Assembly (NCBI GenBank): GCA_947258975.1
Contig: CAMYKK010000016.1
Coordinates: 6,673-70,672, forward strand
Source: an uncultured Gammaproteobacteria bacterium
GTDB taxonomy: Bacteria > Pseudomonadota > Gammaproteobacteria > Arenicellales > JAANXG01
Reading direction: 5' to 3'
DNA length: 64,000 bases
Shown: piece by piece, positions 1-9,432 of the stretch
Layout: the number at the start of each line of letters is the position of its first letter
Position numbering within the stretch: the stretch's first letter is position 1
Translations under genes and position numbers: made by a program
The notes under the pieces: model-generated
The model's database searches: none
Told to the model about the DNA's origin: nothing
Seen by the model: only the letters and a program-made list of their open reading frames with translations

Positions 1-899
1 GAGCGATGCGTTGCCATCCCTACCTGTTGCAAGAAATCACCTCGGCGTCCCACCCGGATCCAGTCATCGGCGGCGAGGAATTTGATCAGGCGCTGTTCAG
101 TCATTTTGGATTCAGCGTCACCAATGCGGCGCGCGCGTTCGTTTATGGCCTGTCGCGAAGGCTCGTGCCGACGCCTGTAGACGGACCGGTGGCGAACTAC
201 TATCGAGACTTGTCCCGCTACAGTGCGGCTTTTTCGATTCTTTCTGATGCGACGTTGTTGATCCTGGGTGGCGAGCTCAAGCGTAAGGAAAAACTGTCCG
301 GGCGATTTGCCGACGCACTGAGTTATTTGTTCATCGGCTCGGCGGTGGTGAAGCGTTTCCAGGACACCGGGCGCCCGGACGAAGACCTGCCCTTGGTAGA
401 GTGGTCCTGCCAATTCTGTATTTATCAGATTCAGCAGGCACTGGATGGCGTGTTACGTAACTTCCCAGTCCGTGGCCTGGGTTGGGTGTTGCGTGGCGTG
501 GTGTTTCCGTTGGGACGGCGGCACGCCCTGCCGGGGGATCGCCTTGGCCATCGGGTTGCCAAGCTCCTGCAACAGCCCTCAGCGGCCCGCGACCGGTTGA
601 CTGCGGGCATCTATCTAAACGAAGACCCGGACGATGCCATTGGTTGTCTCGATGTCGGCTTGGACAAGGTGCTCGCCGCGGATTTGGCCAGGCGTAAGCT
701 GCGTGCCGCCCGCGTTGAGCGACCGCCGCGCGTTGCGTTCGAAGATTGGCTCAAACAGTTGATCGAGCAAGATGTGATTGGCGAGCATGATGCCGTGGCC
801 TTGAACGAGGCGTACCAGGCAACGCGCAAGGTCATCATGGTGGATGCGTTTGCGCCCGGCGAAAGTCAACTGGGCGGCTCCGCGGATCGTGCCGCCTGA
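1..899 (+). CDS. fadE: Acyl-CoA dehydrogenase FadE, C-terminal part (DUF1974 domain); 5' end outside window
   Basis: Motifs RCHPYLLQEI, LGGELKRKEKLSGRFADALSYL, RDRLTAGIY and VIMVDAF are typical of the FadE C-terminus; followed by fatty-acid genes. Confidence 0.9.
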   Translation, partial: AMRCHPYLLQEITSASHPDPVIGGEEFDQALFSHFGFSVTNAARAFVYGLSRRLVPTPVDGPVANYYRDLSRYSAAFSILSDATLLILGGELKRKEKLSGRFADALSYLFIGSAVVKRFQDTGRPDEDLPLVEWSCQFCIYQIQQALDGVLRNFPVRGLGWVLRGVVFPLGRRHALPGDRLGHRVAKLLQQPSAARDRLTAGIYLNEDPDDAIGCLDVGLDKVLAADLARRKLRAARVERPPRVAFEDWLKQLIEQDVIGEHDAVALNEAYQATRKVIMVDAFAPGESQLGGSADRAA

Positions 900-922
900 G
901 CGACGGACTTCGGGAGCCCCGC

Positions 923-2779
923 ATGTCAGCGCGCGAAGCAACGGTTTACCCACCAAACGCCTTGGCGGGGCGCGACGACATCGGCGCAATCACGCCCGAG
1001 GCTGCGCCTACCCTGGATGCGTTATTTCGCGAGCGGGTGCGCCGCCATCGGGACAAAAGGGCCTATAGTGAGTTCGACGCAGGTGCCGGCGCGTGGCGGC
1101 ACTATACCTGGGGCGATACCGCGCGCGAGGTCGACCGCTGGCGGGCGGCGCTCAAGGCGGAGGCGTTGCGCCAGGGTGATCGTGTCGCGCTCAGGCTGCG
1201 CAACTGCCGGCATTGGGTGATCTTCGATCAGGCGGCGTTGAGTTTGGGATTGGTGGTGGTGCCGCTCTACATGGCTGATCGTCCGGACAACGTGAGTTAT
1301 GTCCTTCATCATTCCGACGCCAAGCTGCTGCTTGTGGAATCCGCGGATGCTTGGCGGGCGCTGCGAGAAGCCGCGGGCGAGCTGCCCCAGCTCAAACGCG
1401 TGGTCGTCCTCGATGCGGTGGCGGATCACGACGCCGATCTGCTGCAGTCCGCTAACGACTGGGTGGCATCGAAACAAGAGGCCGAACCCGAACAGGTGCG
1501 GCCGGATGATCTGGCGAGCATTGTCTATACCTCGGGGACCACGGGACGGCCAAAGGGTGTCATGTTGTCCCATCGCAACATATTGTCGAACGCGTATAGT
1601 GGACTTCGCAGCGTTGCCGTACTGCCCACCGACATCGTTTTATCGTTTCTACCGTTGTCGCATACCTTGGAACGTACCGTCGGTTATTACGTGCCCATGA
1701 TGGCGGCGGCGGCGGTTGTCTATAACCGTTCGATCCCCGAGCTGTCCGAGGATTTCCTCGCGGTCAGACCCACAGGAGTCATCACGGTACCGAGAATCTT
1801 TGAACGCATGTACAGCAAGCTGTACGCCAAACTCAATGACGGGCCGGCCTGGAAGCGGTGGTTGTTTGACATCACGGTGGACATTGGTTGGGAGCGGTTT
1901 AAATATTTACAGGGTCATGGTGAGTGGCAATGGCGGTTCGCGTTGTGGCCGATTTTGGATCGGCTGGTCGCAAGCCAGGTCAGGGCGCAGCTGGGTGGCC
2001 GCTTGCGGATTGCGGTCGTCGGCGGCGCGCCATTGCCGCCAGCGGTGTCGCGGGTGTTTGTTGCCTTGGGACTCAATCTGTTACAAGGGTACGGCCTGAC
2101 CGAGAGCAGTCCGTGTATCAGTATCAATACCTTGGAACGCAACCGGCCAGAGACGATCGGACTGCCCGTGCATGAGGTCGAGGTGAAGATAGGAGACAAC
2201 GACGAATTGCTGGCGCGGGGTCCAAATATCATGATGGGATATTGGAAGGATGATGCGGCCACCGAGCAGGTACTCGACACAGACGGCTGGTTACATTCCG
2301 GAGATCAGGCCAAGATCGACGAGGATGGTTTTATATCGATAATCGGCCGTATCAAAGAGATACTGGTGTTGGCGAATGGGGAGAAGGTTCCGCCCGCGGA
2401 TATGGAGCATGCGATTGCGGAGGACGGATTGTTCGAGCAGTCGCTGGTAATCGGCGAACATATGCCGTATCTCACTGCCCTGGTGGTATTGAATAAAGGG
2501 CTGTGGGAAAAAGAAGCGAAGAGCCTTAACATTAATAGTAATGACCAATCTGCATTGCATAGCGAAAAAGTCGAGCAGGTATTGCTCGATCGCATTCGTC
2601 GGCGCATTCATGATTTTCCAGGGTACGCGCGCATTCGCAAAACCACCGCAACGTTTACACCGTGGACAGTTGAAAACGGTTTGATGACGCCTACGCTCAA
2701 GCTCAAACGCACAAAGATACTGGAAAAATACAAAGACGACATAGCCAGAATGTACGAGGGACACACTCTGTACAAATAG
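923..2779 (+). CDS. Long-chain fatty acid-CoA ligase (AMP-binding, FadD15/ACSBG-like)
   Basis: YTSGTTGRPKG AMP-binding motif, GYGLTE, GWLHSGD, NGLMTPTLKLKR. Confidence 0.92.
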   Translation: MSAREATVYPPNALAGRDDIGAITPEAAPTLDALFRERVRRHRDKRAYSEFDAGAGAWRHYTWGDTAREVDRWRAALKAEALRQGDRVALRLRNCRHWVIFDQAALSLGLVVVPLYMADRPDNVSYVLHHSDAKLLLVESADAWRALREAAGELPQLKRVVVLDAVADHDADLLQSANDWVASKQEAEPEQVRPDDLASIVYTSGTTGRPKGVMLSHRNILSNAYSGLRSVAVLPTDIVLSFLPLSHTLERTVGYYVPMMAAAAVVYNRSIPELSEDFLAVRPTGVITVPRIFERMYSKLYAKLNDGPAWKRWLFDITVDIGWERFKYLQGHGEWQWRFALWPILDRLVASQVRAQLGGRLRIAVVGGAPLPPAVSRVFVALGLNLLQGYGLTESSPCISINTLERNRPETIGLPVHEVEVKIGDNDELLARGPNIMMGYWKDDAATEQVLDTDGWLHSGDQAKIDEDGFISIIGRIKEILVLANGEKVPPADMEHAIAEDGLFEQSLVIGEHMPYLTALVVLNKGLWEKEAKSLNINSNDQSALHSEKVEQVLLDRIRRRIHDFPGYARIRKTTATFTPWTVENGLMTPTLKLKRTKILEKYKDDIARMYEGHTLYK

Positions 2780-2819
2780 GAATCACTTGCCGGGCCCATC
2801 AGATATCGCCGCCGAACCC

Positions 2820-3614
2820 ATGCCTACGATTATCACCGAAACAGACCAGGGCGTCGCCACCATCACGCTGAACCGGCCGGAGAGGTTGAATGCCCTCGAT
2901 CAGGACATGGCCGCCACCCTCCACGCCTCGTTCATCGACGTCGCTGCCGATGTGGACGTGCGTTGCGTGGTTGTGCGTGGAGCAGGGGATGGGTTCATGG
3001 CCGGGGGCGATGTGGGCTTTTTCGAGCGATCTTTGAACCAGTTGTCATCCGGCGATATCGAACCACTGAGTGAAGTATTCGACGGGGTACACGGTACGAT
3101 CCGTACCATACACCGCCTGCCCATGCCGATCATTGCCAGTGTGCATGGTGCGGTCGCCGGTTTCGGCATTAGTCTCATGGCTGCGTGCGATTTGGCGATC
3201 GCCGCCGAAGACGCGCTGTTCAACATGGCGTATTGCCATATTGGCGCTTCACCGGACGGTGGTTCTACATTTGCTCTGCCGCGCATGATCGGACTAAAGC
3301 GCAGTATGGAACTCGCGCTGCTCGGGGACCGGTTCGACGCGAACCAGGCGTTGTCTTTGGGGCTGATTAATTGGGTAGTGCCCGGTGGTGACTTGCGCGC
3401 GCATACTCAGCAATTGGCGGCGCGCCTGGCTGCCGGCCCGACCAAGGCGTTTGCAAAAACCAGATTATTGCTCAATATGTCGTTGAATTCCGATCTGGAC
3501 CAACAACTCGACCGTGAGCAGGCTGCGTTCTTGGAATGTGCCGCCAGCGATGACTTCGCCGAAGGCGTCAGCGCGTTCTTGGATAAGCGACGACCGAAGT
3601 TTCGTGGCCGTTAA
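2820..3614 (+). CDS. Enoyl-CoA hydratase/isomerase (crotonase family, PaaG-like)
   Basis: TLNRPERLNAL, FMAGGD, HGAVAGFG, PDGG, EGVSAFLDKRRPKF; ATG 2820 preferred over TTG 2787. Confidence 0.9.
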   Translation: MPTIITETDQGVATITLNRPERLNALDQDMAATLHASFIDVAADVDVRCVVVRGAGDGFMAGGDVGFFERSLNQLSSGDIEPLSEVFDGVHGTIRTIHRLPMPIIASVHGAVAGFGISLMAACDLAIAAEDALFNMAYCHIGASPDGGSTFALPRMIGLKRSMELALLGDRFDANQALSLGLINWVVPGGDLRAHTQQLAARLAAGPTKAFAKTRLLLNMSLNSDLDQQLDREQAAFLECAASDDFAEGVSAFLDKRRPKFRGR

Positions 3615-3887
3615 GATCCTTTACTGCGACTTCGCGCAGCACAAGCACTGCGACTCCGCGCAGCACAAGCACTGCGACTCCGCGCAGCACAAGCACTGCG
3701 ACTCCGCGCAGCACAAGCACTGCGACTTCGCGCAGCACAAGCACTGCGACTTCGCGCAGCACAAGCACTGCGACTTCGCGCAGCACAAGCGTCGTTGCAC
3801 TCCTCAGGATGACAATAACGGCATTGTCGTTCTGAACGCGCATAGCGGCACTGTCATTCTGAGTGAGCGCAGTGAGCGAAGAATCTT
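3613..3887. repeat. REP-like inverted repeat pair (AAGATCCTT...CTCCTCAGGATGACA / TGTCATTCTGAG...GCGAAGAATCTT) hosting the tandem array
   Basis: The two arms are approximate reverse complements; the same arm recurs at 59425-59455. Confidence 0.7.
3623..3790. repeat. Tandem array of 7 x 24-bp units ACTGCGACT(T/C)CGCGCAGCACAAGC
   Basis: Read directly; units 1, 5, 6, 7 carry TTC and units 2-4 carry TCC; no spacers. Confidence 0.97.
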
Positions 3888-3930
3888 GGCCGAAGACCAA
3901 CAATGCCCCCGCCGTTTGTGAACGCGTGAC

Positions 3931-4845
3931 ATGTCGATGGTTTCAACGAAACTGATCCTCTCGTTCGTGATAGAGATTATCGTGATCGGGTCTTTGGCCC
4001 ACTATGGTTGGAGACTGTCGGTTCTGGAAAGTATCGGCTGCGCCGCCGCCGTCATCGTGATCGTGCGTGTCGTGGCGACACTGTTGAGTTTCGGACTATC
4101 CGAACTGTTCCGCTCTCCGCGCCCCAAGCCCATGCGCATCGGATGGGTCGGGTGGTTGCGTCTCCTAACCGCCGAGGTGTGGGCGGTGCTGCGGGTATTC
4201 TTCGTGCTGCACCCGTTGGAGCGGTGGATTAACAAGCCGGATCCGGATGTCACCAGCGATGGCATGCCGGTGTTGCTGGTGCACGGGTTCTTCAGTAACG
4301 GGGGCTACTGGTGGGGAATCAAACGGCATCTGCGCCGTAATGGGGTTGATTCCGTCTACACCGTGAACCTGGAGCCGCCGTTTGCTGATATCGATGCGTT
4401 GGCCCGGCAATTGGCACGGCGCGTGGCGGCGATCTGCGCGGCCAGTGGGCAGCCGCAGGTGATCCTGGTGGCCCACAGTATGGGAGGTCTCGTGTGCCGT
4501 GCCTATCTGCAGCGGCTCAACGGCGACCGGCAGACTGCCAGGTTGATTACCCTCGCGACGCCCCACGCCGGGACTGTGCATGCGCACCTGATACCCGGCG
4601 CGAACCTGCGCCAGATGCGGCCGGGCAGTCAGTGGTTGGCGGCGCTGAATCAGGAGCAGGGTCCACGGCCCACGGTGCCCACGACCTGCATCTACAGCTG
4701 TCATGACGACATTGTTGCGCCGCAAGATAGCGGCGCCCTGAGAGGTGCGGTCAATAAACCAACGCCGGGGATCGGGCATTTAGAGATGACTTTCTCCCCA
4801 ATAATTCAGGGACTTTTGTTGGCGGCGCTCGCCGAAGGTGCTTGA
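3931..4845 (+). CDS. Membrane-anchored alpha/beta hydrolase (lipase/esterase)
   Basis: N-terminal hydrophobic helices, LVHGFF oxyanion motif, AHSMGG nucleophile elbow, TPHAGT, DDIV, GHL. Confidence 0.85.
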   Translation: MSMVSTKLILSFVIEIIVIGSLAHYGWRLSVLESIGCAAAVIVIVRVVATLLSFGLSELFRSPRPKPMRIGWVGWLRLLTAEVWAVLRVFFVLHPLERWINKPDPDVTSDGMPVLLVHGFFSNGGYWWGIKRHLRRNGVDSVYTVNLEPPFADIDALARQLARRVAAICAASGQPQVILVAHSMGGLVCRAYLQRLNGDRQTARLITLATPHAGTVHAHLIPGANLRQMRPGSQWLAALNQEQGPRPTVPTTCIYSCHDDIVAPQDSGALRGAVNKPTPGIGHLEMTFSPIIQGLLLAALAEGA

Positions 4846-4879
4846 CAAATAACGCTATTCGGACCATCGTTGATAATGA

Positions 4880-4910
4880 GGTGAGACCAAGAACCAGAGC
4901 GGTGAGACCA
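4880..4910. promoter_or_regulatory. Tandem GGTGAGACCA sites (21-bp period), putative FadR/GntR-family operator
   Basis: Exact 10-mers at 4880-4889 and 4901-4910 resemble the GGTCnGACCA FadR-type core; upstream of the lipid uptake genes. Confidence 0.45.
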
Positions 4911-5043
4911 GATTCCAGCCGCGTGTCATCTCGCGAGCGCCAAAGAACAAATATGGATAAACGGATGCTGCAACGTCGTAGCCGCGCATCGGCGGTGATG
5001 TGTGTTTTCTTCCTTGTGCATTGTCCCCTTCAGGAGCGGTTCA

Positions 5044-6915
5044 ATGACAAATAATGCCCTCCCCATACGCACTTTGCGTCGGCAAAGTAGAGCAATCCAG
5101 ATGGCCGTGGCCATGACACTCGCGATTCCCGTTCCCATTTATGCGGTGCAATTCGAATCTGAAAATGGAATCATCTCCGGCAGCTTTGACACGACGATCT
5201 CCTATGGCACCACGTTCCGCGTGCAAAGTCGCGACAAGAAACTCCTGGGCTTGGCGTCCACGACCTTACCCAACGGTACGCAACCGCCCGGAAGTCTGGG
5301 GGGCACCGCGTTTTCGGTCAACGCGGATGACGGGAACCTGAACTACGATAAGGGCCTCGTCAGTAATGTGGTGAGGGTGGTTCCGGAACTGGAACTCAAC
5401 CACGAATCCGGCTTCGGCTTGTTCGCTCGTGCACGCGCGTTTTATGACTTCGAGAACGAAGACAACGAGCGCGAAAAAATCCCGCTCACCGACGACGCAC
5501 TGGAGTTGGTCGGCAGTGACATAGAACTCCTCGATGCCTACGTGTATGGTCAATTTGATGCCGGAAATGCGCCGGTGGAAGTCAGGGTCGGGGATCAGGT
5601 GGTCAGTTGGGGTGAAAGCACGTTCATACAAAACGGTATCAACGTGATCAACCCGATCCGGGTCGCCAATATCCGCACCCCGGGCGCGGAAGTGCGTGAG
5701 GCGCTGCTGCCGGAGGGCATGGTATGGGCCAATATCGGCATCCGTAACAATCAGTCGTTGGAAGTGTTTTATCAATACGATTGGGCTGAAACAGAGCCCG
5801 ATCCGTCAGGGAGTTACTTCAGCACCCAGGATTTTCTCGGTAGCGGCGGTGAGCGCGTCATGCTCGGTTTCGGCCGGATTCCCGACATTATTCCCCTCGG
5901 GCCTGCGGGCGCTGCCTCTGTGGGTCAGACACCGCTAGGTGCGGTGGTCCCCCGTGGCGAAGACCGCAATGCCAAGGACAGTGGGCAGTTCGGAGTCGCC
6001 TATCGATTGTTCTTGGAGCAGCTCAACAGCACTGAACTGGGCTTTTATTTCATCAATTATCACAGCAGGTTGCCGATTGTCAGTGCCGTCACCGGTTCTC
6101 TGGCCGGCTTGGGCAGCGGTGATTATGCCGGCAGCGCCCGGTATTTCTTCGAGTTTCCCGAAGACATCCAGCTGTTGGGCACCAGCTTCAACACCCAACT
6201 GGGTACCTCCGGATGGGCGTTGCAAGGTGAGCTGTCCTATAAGTGGGATGTGCCGTTGCAGGGCGATGATGCGGAACTGTTGTTTGCGGCGTTGTCGCCA
6301 TTGGCGCTGGTCGGCTCGTCGGTAGGTGGCCTGTTTGCGCAGACCAATCAGATCGCGCCGGGTGGGGTCGGCTTTGACACCGTGGTGCCGGGATTTATCG
6401 AGCGTGACATCGTTCAGGCACAGGCCACCGCGAGTCGGGTGTTTGCGGGCGTGTGGGGGGCCGATCAATTGGCGCTCGTCGGTGAATTGGGCGTTACCCA
6501 TGTGCAAAACATGCCCGATCAGAGCGAGCTGCGAATCGAATCGCCGGGCACATTCACATCAGGCAACCCCGTTCATACGCGTGCCGGTGTGCAGCCAGGC
6601 ACCGAAGAGGCGTCGAACTTTGCCGATGCCACGTCGGCGGGATATCAGATCCGCGGGCGTTTCACCTACAACAATGCCATCGGGCCGTGGGCATTGGTGC
6701 CGTCATTCGCGTTTCGCCATGACATTAGTGGCAACACACCACAACCCTTGGGCAACTTCCTGGAGGACCGTAAAGCGGCTACCGTCGGTCTCAGCGGGAA
6801 TCTTCGTAATGAGTGGGAAGTTGCCGTCAGCTATACGAATTTTTTTGGGGCGGGACGTGTAAATCTGGTTAATGATCGCGACTTTATTTCTTTCGTTGTC
6901 AAGTATTCAAAGTAG
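5044..6915 (+). CDS. DUF1302 family outer membrane beta-barrel protein
   Basis: SFDTTISYG, NADDGNLNY, GDQVVSWGESTFIQNGIN, NYHSRLP and DRDFISFVVKYS C-terminus; start uncertain (5044 or 5101). Confidence 0.88.
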   Translation: MTNNALPIRTLRRQSRAIQMAVAMTLAIPVPIYAVQFESENGIISGSFDTTISYGTTFRVQSRDKKLLGLASTTLPNGTQPPGSLGGTAFSVNADDGNLNYDKGLVSNVVRVVPELELNHESGFGLFARARAFYDFENEDNEREKIPLTDDALELVGSDIELLDAYVYGQFDAGNAPVEVRVGDQVVSWGESTFIQNGINVINPIRVANIRTPGAEVREALLPEGMVWANIGIRNNQSLEVFYQYDWAETEPDPSGSYFSTQDFLGSGGERVMLGFGRIPDIIPLGPAGAASVGQTPLGAVVPRGEDRNAKDSGQFGVAYRLFLEQLNSTELGFYFINYHSRLPIVSAVTGSLAGLGSGDYAGSARYFFEFPEDIQLLGTSFNTQLGTSGWALQGELSYKWDVPLQGDDAELLFAALSPLALVGSSVGGLFAQTNQIAPGGVGFDTVVPGFIERDIVQAQATASRVFAGVWGADQLALVGELGVTHVQNMPDQSELRIESPGTFTSGNPVHTRAGVQPGTEEASNFADATSAGYQIRGRFTYNNAIGPWALVPSFAFRHDISGNTPQPLGNFLEDRKAATVGLSGNLRNEWEVAVSYTNFFGAGRVNLVNDRDFISFVVKYSK

Positions 6916-6934
6916 CCGCGGCGGAGACAGCGTT

Positions 6935-8302
6935 ATGTTGAAAAAAAATGTTCTTGTGATAGGCGGCGCAATTGCGCTAACGATTACCACGATTACCGGT
7001 TCAGCGGCGTTAACTCCAAACGAGCTTGCTCGTCTCGGAACAGACTTGACGCCGATGGGCGCAGTGCGTGCGGGAAATGCAGATGGCTCGATTCCCGCTT
7101 GGGATGGTGGCCTCAAGAACGCGCCCACTGGTTTCAAATCGGGGGGGCATCACCCCGATCCGTTTCCCGATGATCAGATTACTCTCACGATCGACAATGC
7201 GAATATGAGTCAACACGCCGACAGGCTTACGGAAGGCCACAAGGCTATGCTCCGGCAGTACGGCGATACGTACAAAATGAATGTCTACCCCAGCCGGCGC
7301 ACCGCCGCCTTCCCGCAGCGGATCTACCAGGCCACCAAGAACGTGGCAGCTACCGCGCAGTTGTCACAGGATGGTAATGGGGTCACCGGGGCGGTGATCG
7401 GCATACCCTTTCCCATTCCCAACAACGGCTTGGAAGTCATCTGGAATCATATCCTCCGGTACCGTGGGGAGAGCGCCAGACGCATGATCGGTCAGGCGCC
7501 CGTGACCCGCGGCGGCACCTACACCATGGTGATGCTGGAAGACCAGCTCTACGCTCCCTATTCGCTGCCCGACGCCACGGAAGATAAGCTCAACAATATT
7601 GTCATTATGTTCAAGCAGCGGGTGACGGCGCCGGCGCGATTGGTGGGCCAGATCCTGCTGGTGCACGAGACCTTGAATCAGGCGCTGCAACACCGTAAGG
7701 CATGGGTCTACAATCCGGGACAACGGCGCGTGCGGCGCGCACCCAATGTCGCGTTTGACAACCCGGGCACGGCCTCGGATGGGTTACGCACCAGCGATCA
7801 ATTGGATATGTATAACGGCAGTCCGGAACGATATAACTGGGAGTTGATGGGTAAGAAGGAGATCTATGTTCCGTATAACGCGTACCGGTTGCACAGTAAC
7901 AAGCTCAAGTACAAGGACATCTTGCACCCATTGCACCTCAATCCTGATCACTTACGCTATGAACTGCATCGCGTATGGGTGGTGGACGCGACCTTGAAGG
8001 ACGGCACCCGGCATATATATAAGCGGCGCACTTTCTACTTCGATGAAGATTCTTGGCAGATCGTCGCGGTCGATCAATATGACAACCGGGATCAATTGTG
8101 GCGGGTATCGGAAGGTCACGTCATTAACTATTACGACGTACCGACGCTGTGGACGACATTGGAAGTGCATTATGATCTGCAGTCCGGCAGGTACTTAGCA
8201 TTTAGCCTGAATAACGAGGAAAAATATACCTATGATTTTTCCGCTGGTCTGACCGCCAAGGACTTCTCGACCGGGTCTTTGCGGCGCGCAGGTCGGCGAT
8301 AA
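6935..8302 (+). CDS. DUF1329 family periplasmic protein (LolA-like fold)
   Basis: LTPMGAVRAGNADGSIPAWDGG, PFPIP, WVYNPGQRRVRRAP, RYELHRVWVVDATLK; GGAGA RBS before ATG 6935. Confidence 0.9.
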   Translation: MLKKNVLVIGGAIALTITTITGSAALTPNELARLGTDLTPMGAVRAGNADGSIPAWDGGLKNAPTGFKSGGHHPDPFPDDQITLTIDNANMSQHADRLTEGHKAMLRQYGDTYKMNVYPSRRTAAFPQRIYQATKNVAATAQLSQDGNGVTGAVIGIPFPIPNNGLEVIWNHILRYRGESARRMIGQAPVTRGGTYTMVMLEDQLYAPYSLPDATEDKLNNIVIMFKQRVTAPARLVGQILLVHETLNQALQHRKAWVYNPGQRRVRRAPNVAFDNPGTASDGLRTSDQLDMYNGSPERYNWELMGKKEIYVPYNAYRLHSNKLKYKDILHPLHLNPDHLRYELHRVWVVDATLKDGTRHIYKRRTFYFDEDSWQIVAVDQYDNRDQLWRVSEGHVINYYDVPTLWTTLEVHYDLQSGRYLAFSLNNEEKYTYDFSAGLTAKDFSTGSLRRAGRR

Positions 8303-8414
8303 TAACAACCCTCAAGCCGGACTTTCTGTCCGCGTCCGGATCGTCAACCTCGGAATCAGGTGTTGGCCTTTGGGGTGCCGTGGTGCAATATACGAACTCG
8401 CGCTGATCACCAGT

Positions 8415-9428
8415 ATGTACTTGCGGCCGCTGTTAATCACGATTTTGTTGCCTTGTGTGGCCGTTGGACAGCCTTCTGGTGATGCCGAGTACTCCATGTC
8501 CGCTCCACTGGCGGCAAAATCATTGCTGCTCGATGTTGCCGCTGTCGACGATAGCTTTGTCGCCGTGGGTGAGCACGGACATGTTTTAATTTCCGATGCG
8601 CAGGCTCGCAACTGGAAGCAGGTGCGGGTGCCGACACGCGCTACGCTTACCGCCGTTGCCTTTCACGATCACCGCCTCGGGCTCGCGGTTGGACACGACG
8701 CGGTGATCCTCCGCTCCGATGATGGCGGCCGCACCTGGCGCCGCGTGCACTATGCACCCGAGGAAGAACGGCCGCTGCTCGATGTGTGGTTTCACAGCGA
8801 GCACCGTGTGATCGCGGTGGGCGCATACGGCTATTATCTCGAGAGCGACGACGGAGGCTTGACATGGCAACCGCGCATTTTAAAGTCCCGGGTAGTGAGT
8901 GATGATCACGATACTGCCGCGGAACCCCGGGAAGAAGAACCGGGTGATGATTTTCACCTGAACCAAATCACGGTCTCCGATAACGGCCGTTATTACATGG
9001 CTGCGGAGGCGGGCACTGTGTACCGCTCCGATGATGAGGGTAAGACCTGGTTACGTTTGCCCTCTCCGTATGAAGGATCATTTTTTGGCGTGTTGACCTT
9101 GAATGCCGATTCGTTGCTGTTGTTTGGCTTACAAGGCCGGTTATTTAGATCCAGCGATGCGGGTCTGAATTGGGTGCGTATTGACATCGGCACCCAGGCG
9201 GCGTTGGTGGATGGTATTCGCTTACGTGACGGTTCGATCGTTATTGTGGGATATGCCGGCACCATACTGATAAGCGGTGACGGTGGGCAGAGCTTCACTC
9301 TGCGGCAACAATCCAATCGAACGGCTATTACCAAATCACTTGAATTGGCCAACGGCGATCTGCTTGCAGTAGGGGAAGCAGGCACACAGCACCTTTCCAA
9401 GCGTGGATATACATCCAATCCGCAGTGA
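8415..9428 (+). CDS. YCF48-like / BNR (Asp-box) beta-propeller protein
   Basis: Repeated SxDGGxTW Asp boxes, AVGEHGHVL, SPYEGSFFG. Confidence 0.85.
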   Translation: MYLRPLLITILLPCVAVGQPSGDAEYSMSAPLAAKSLLLDVAAVDDSFVAVGEHGHVLISDAQARNWKQVRVPTRATLTAVAFHDHRLGLAVGHDAVILRSDDGGRTWRRVHYAPEEERPLLDVWFHSEHRVIAVGAYGYYLESDDGGLTWQPRILKSRVVSDDHDTAAEPREEEPGDDFHLNQITVSDNGRYYMAAEAGTVYRSDDEGKTWLRLPSPYEGSFFGVLTLNADSLLLFGLQGRLFRSSDAGLNWVRIDIGTQAALVDGIRLRDGSIVIVGYAGTILISGDGGQSFTLRQQSNRTAITKSLELANGDLLAVGEAGTQHLSKRGYTSNPQ

Positions 9429-9432
9429 TAAC

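Noticed and set aside
3623-3790. CRISPR array
   Set aside because: The units are contiguous with no unique spacers, and there are no cas genes in the window
3514-3921. His/Cys-rich repeat protein (CDSAQHKH)n and its antisense ORF
   Set aside because: Translation by-product of a 24-bp DNA repeat inside a REP-like element; overlaps the hydratase gene and has no clear RBS
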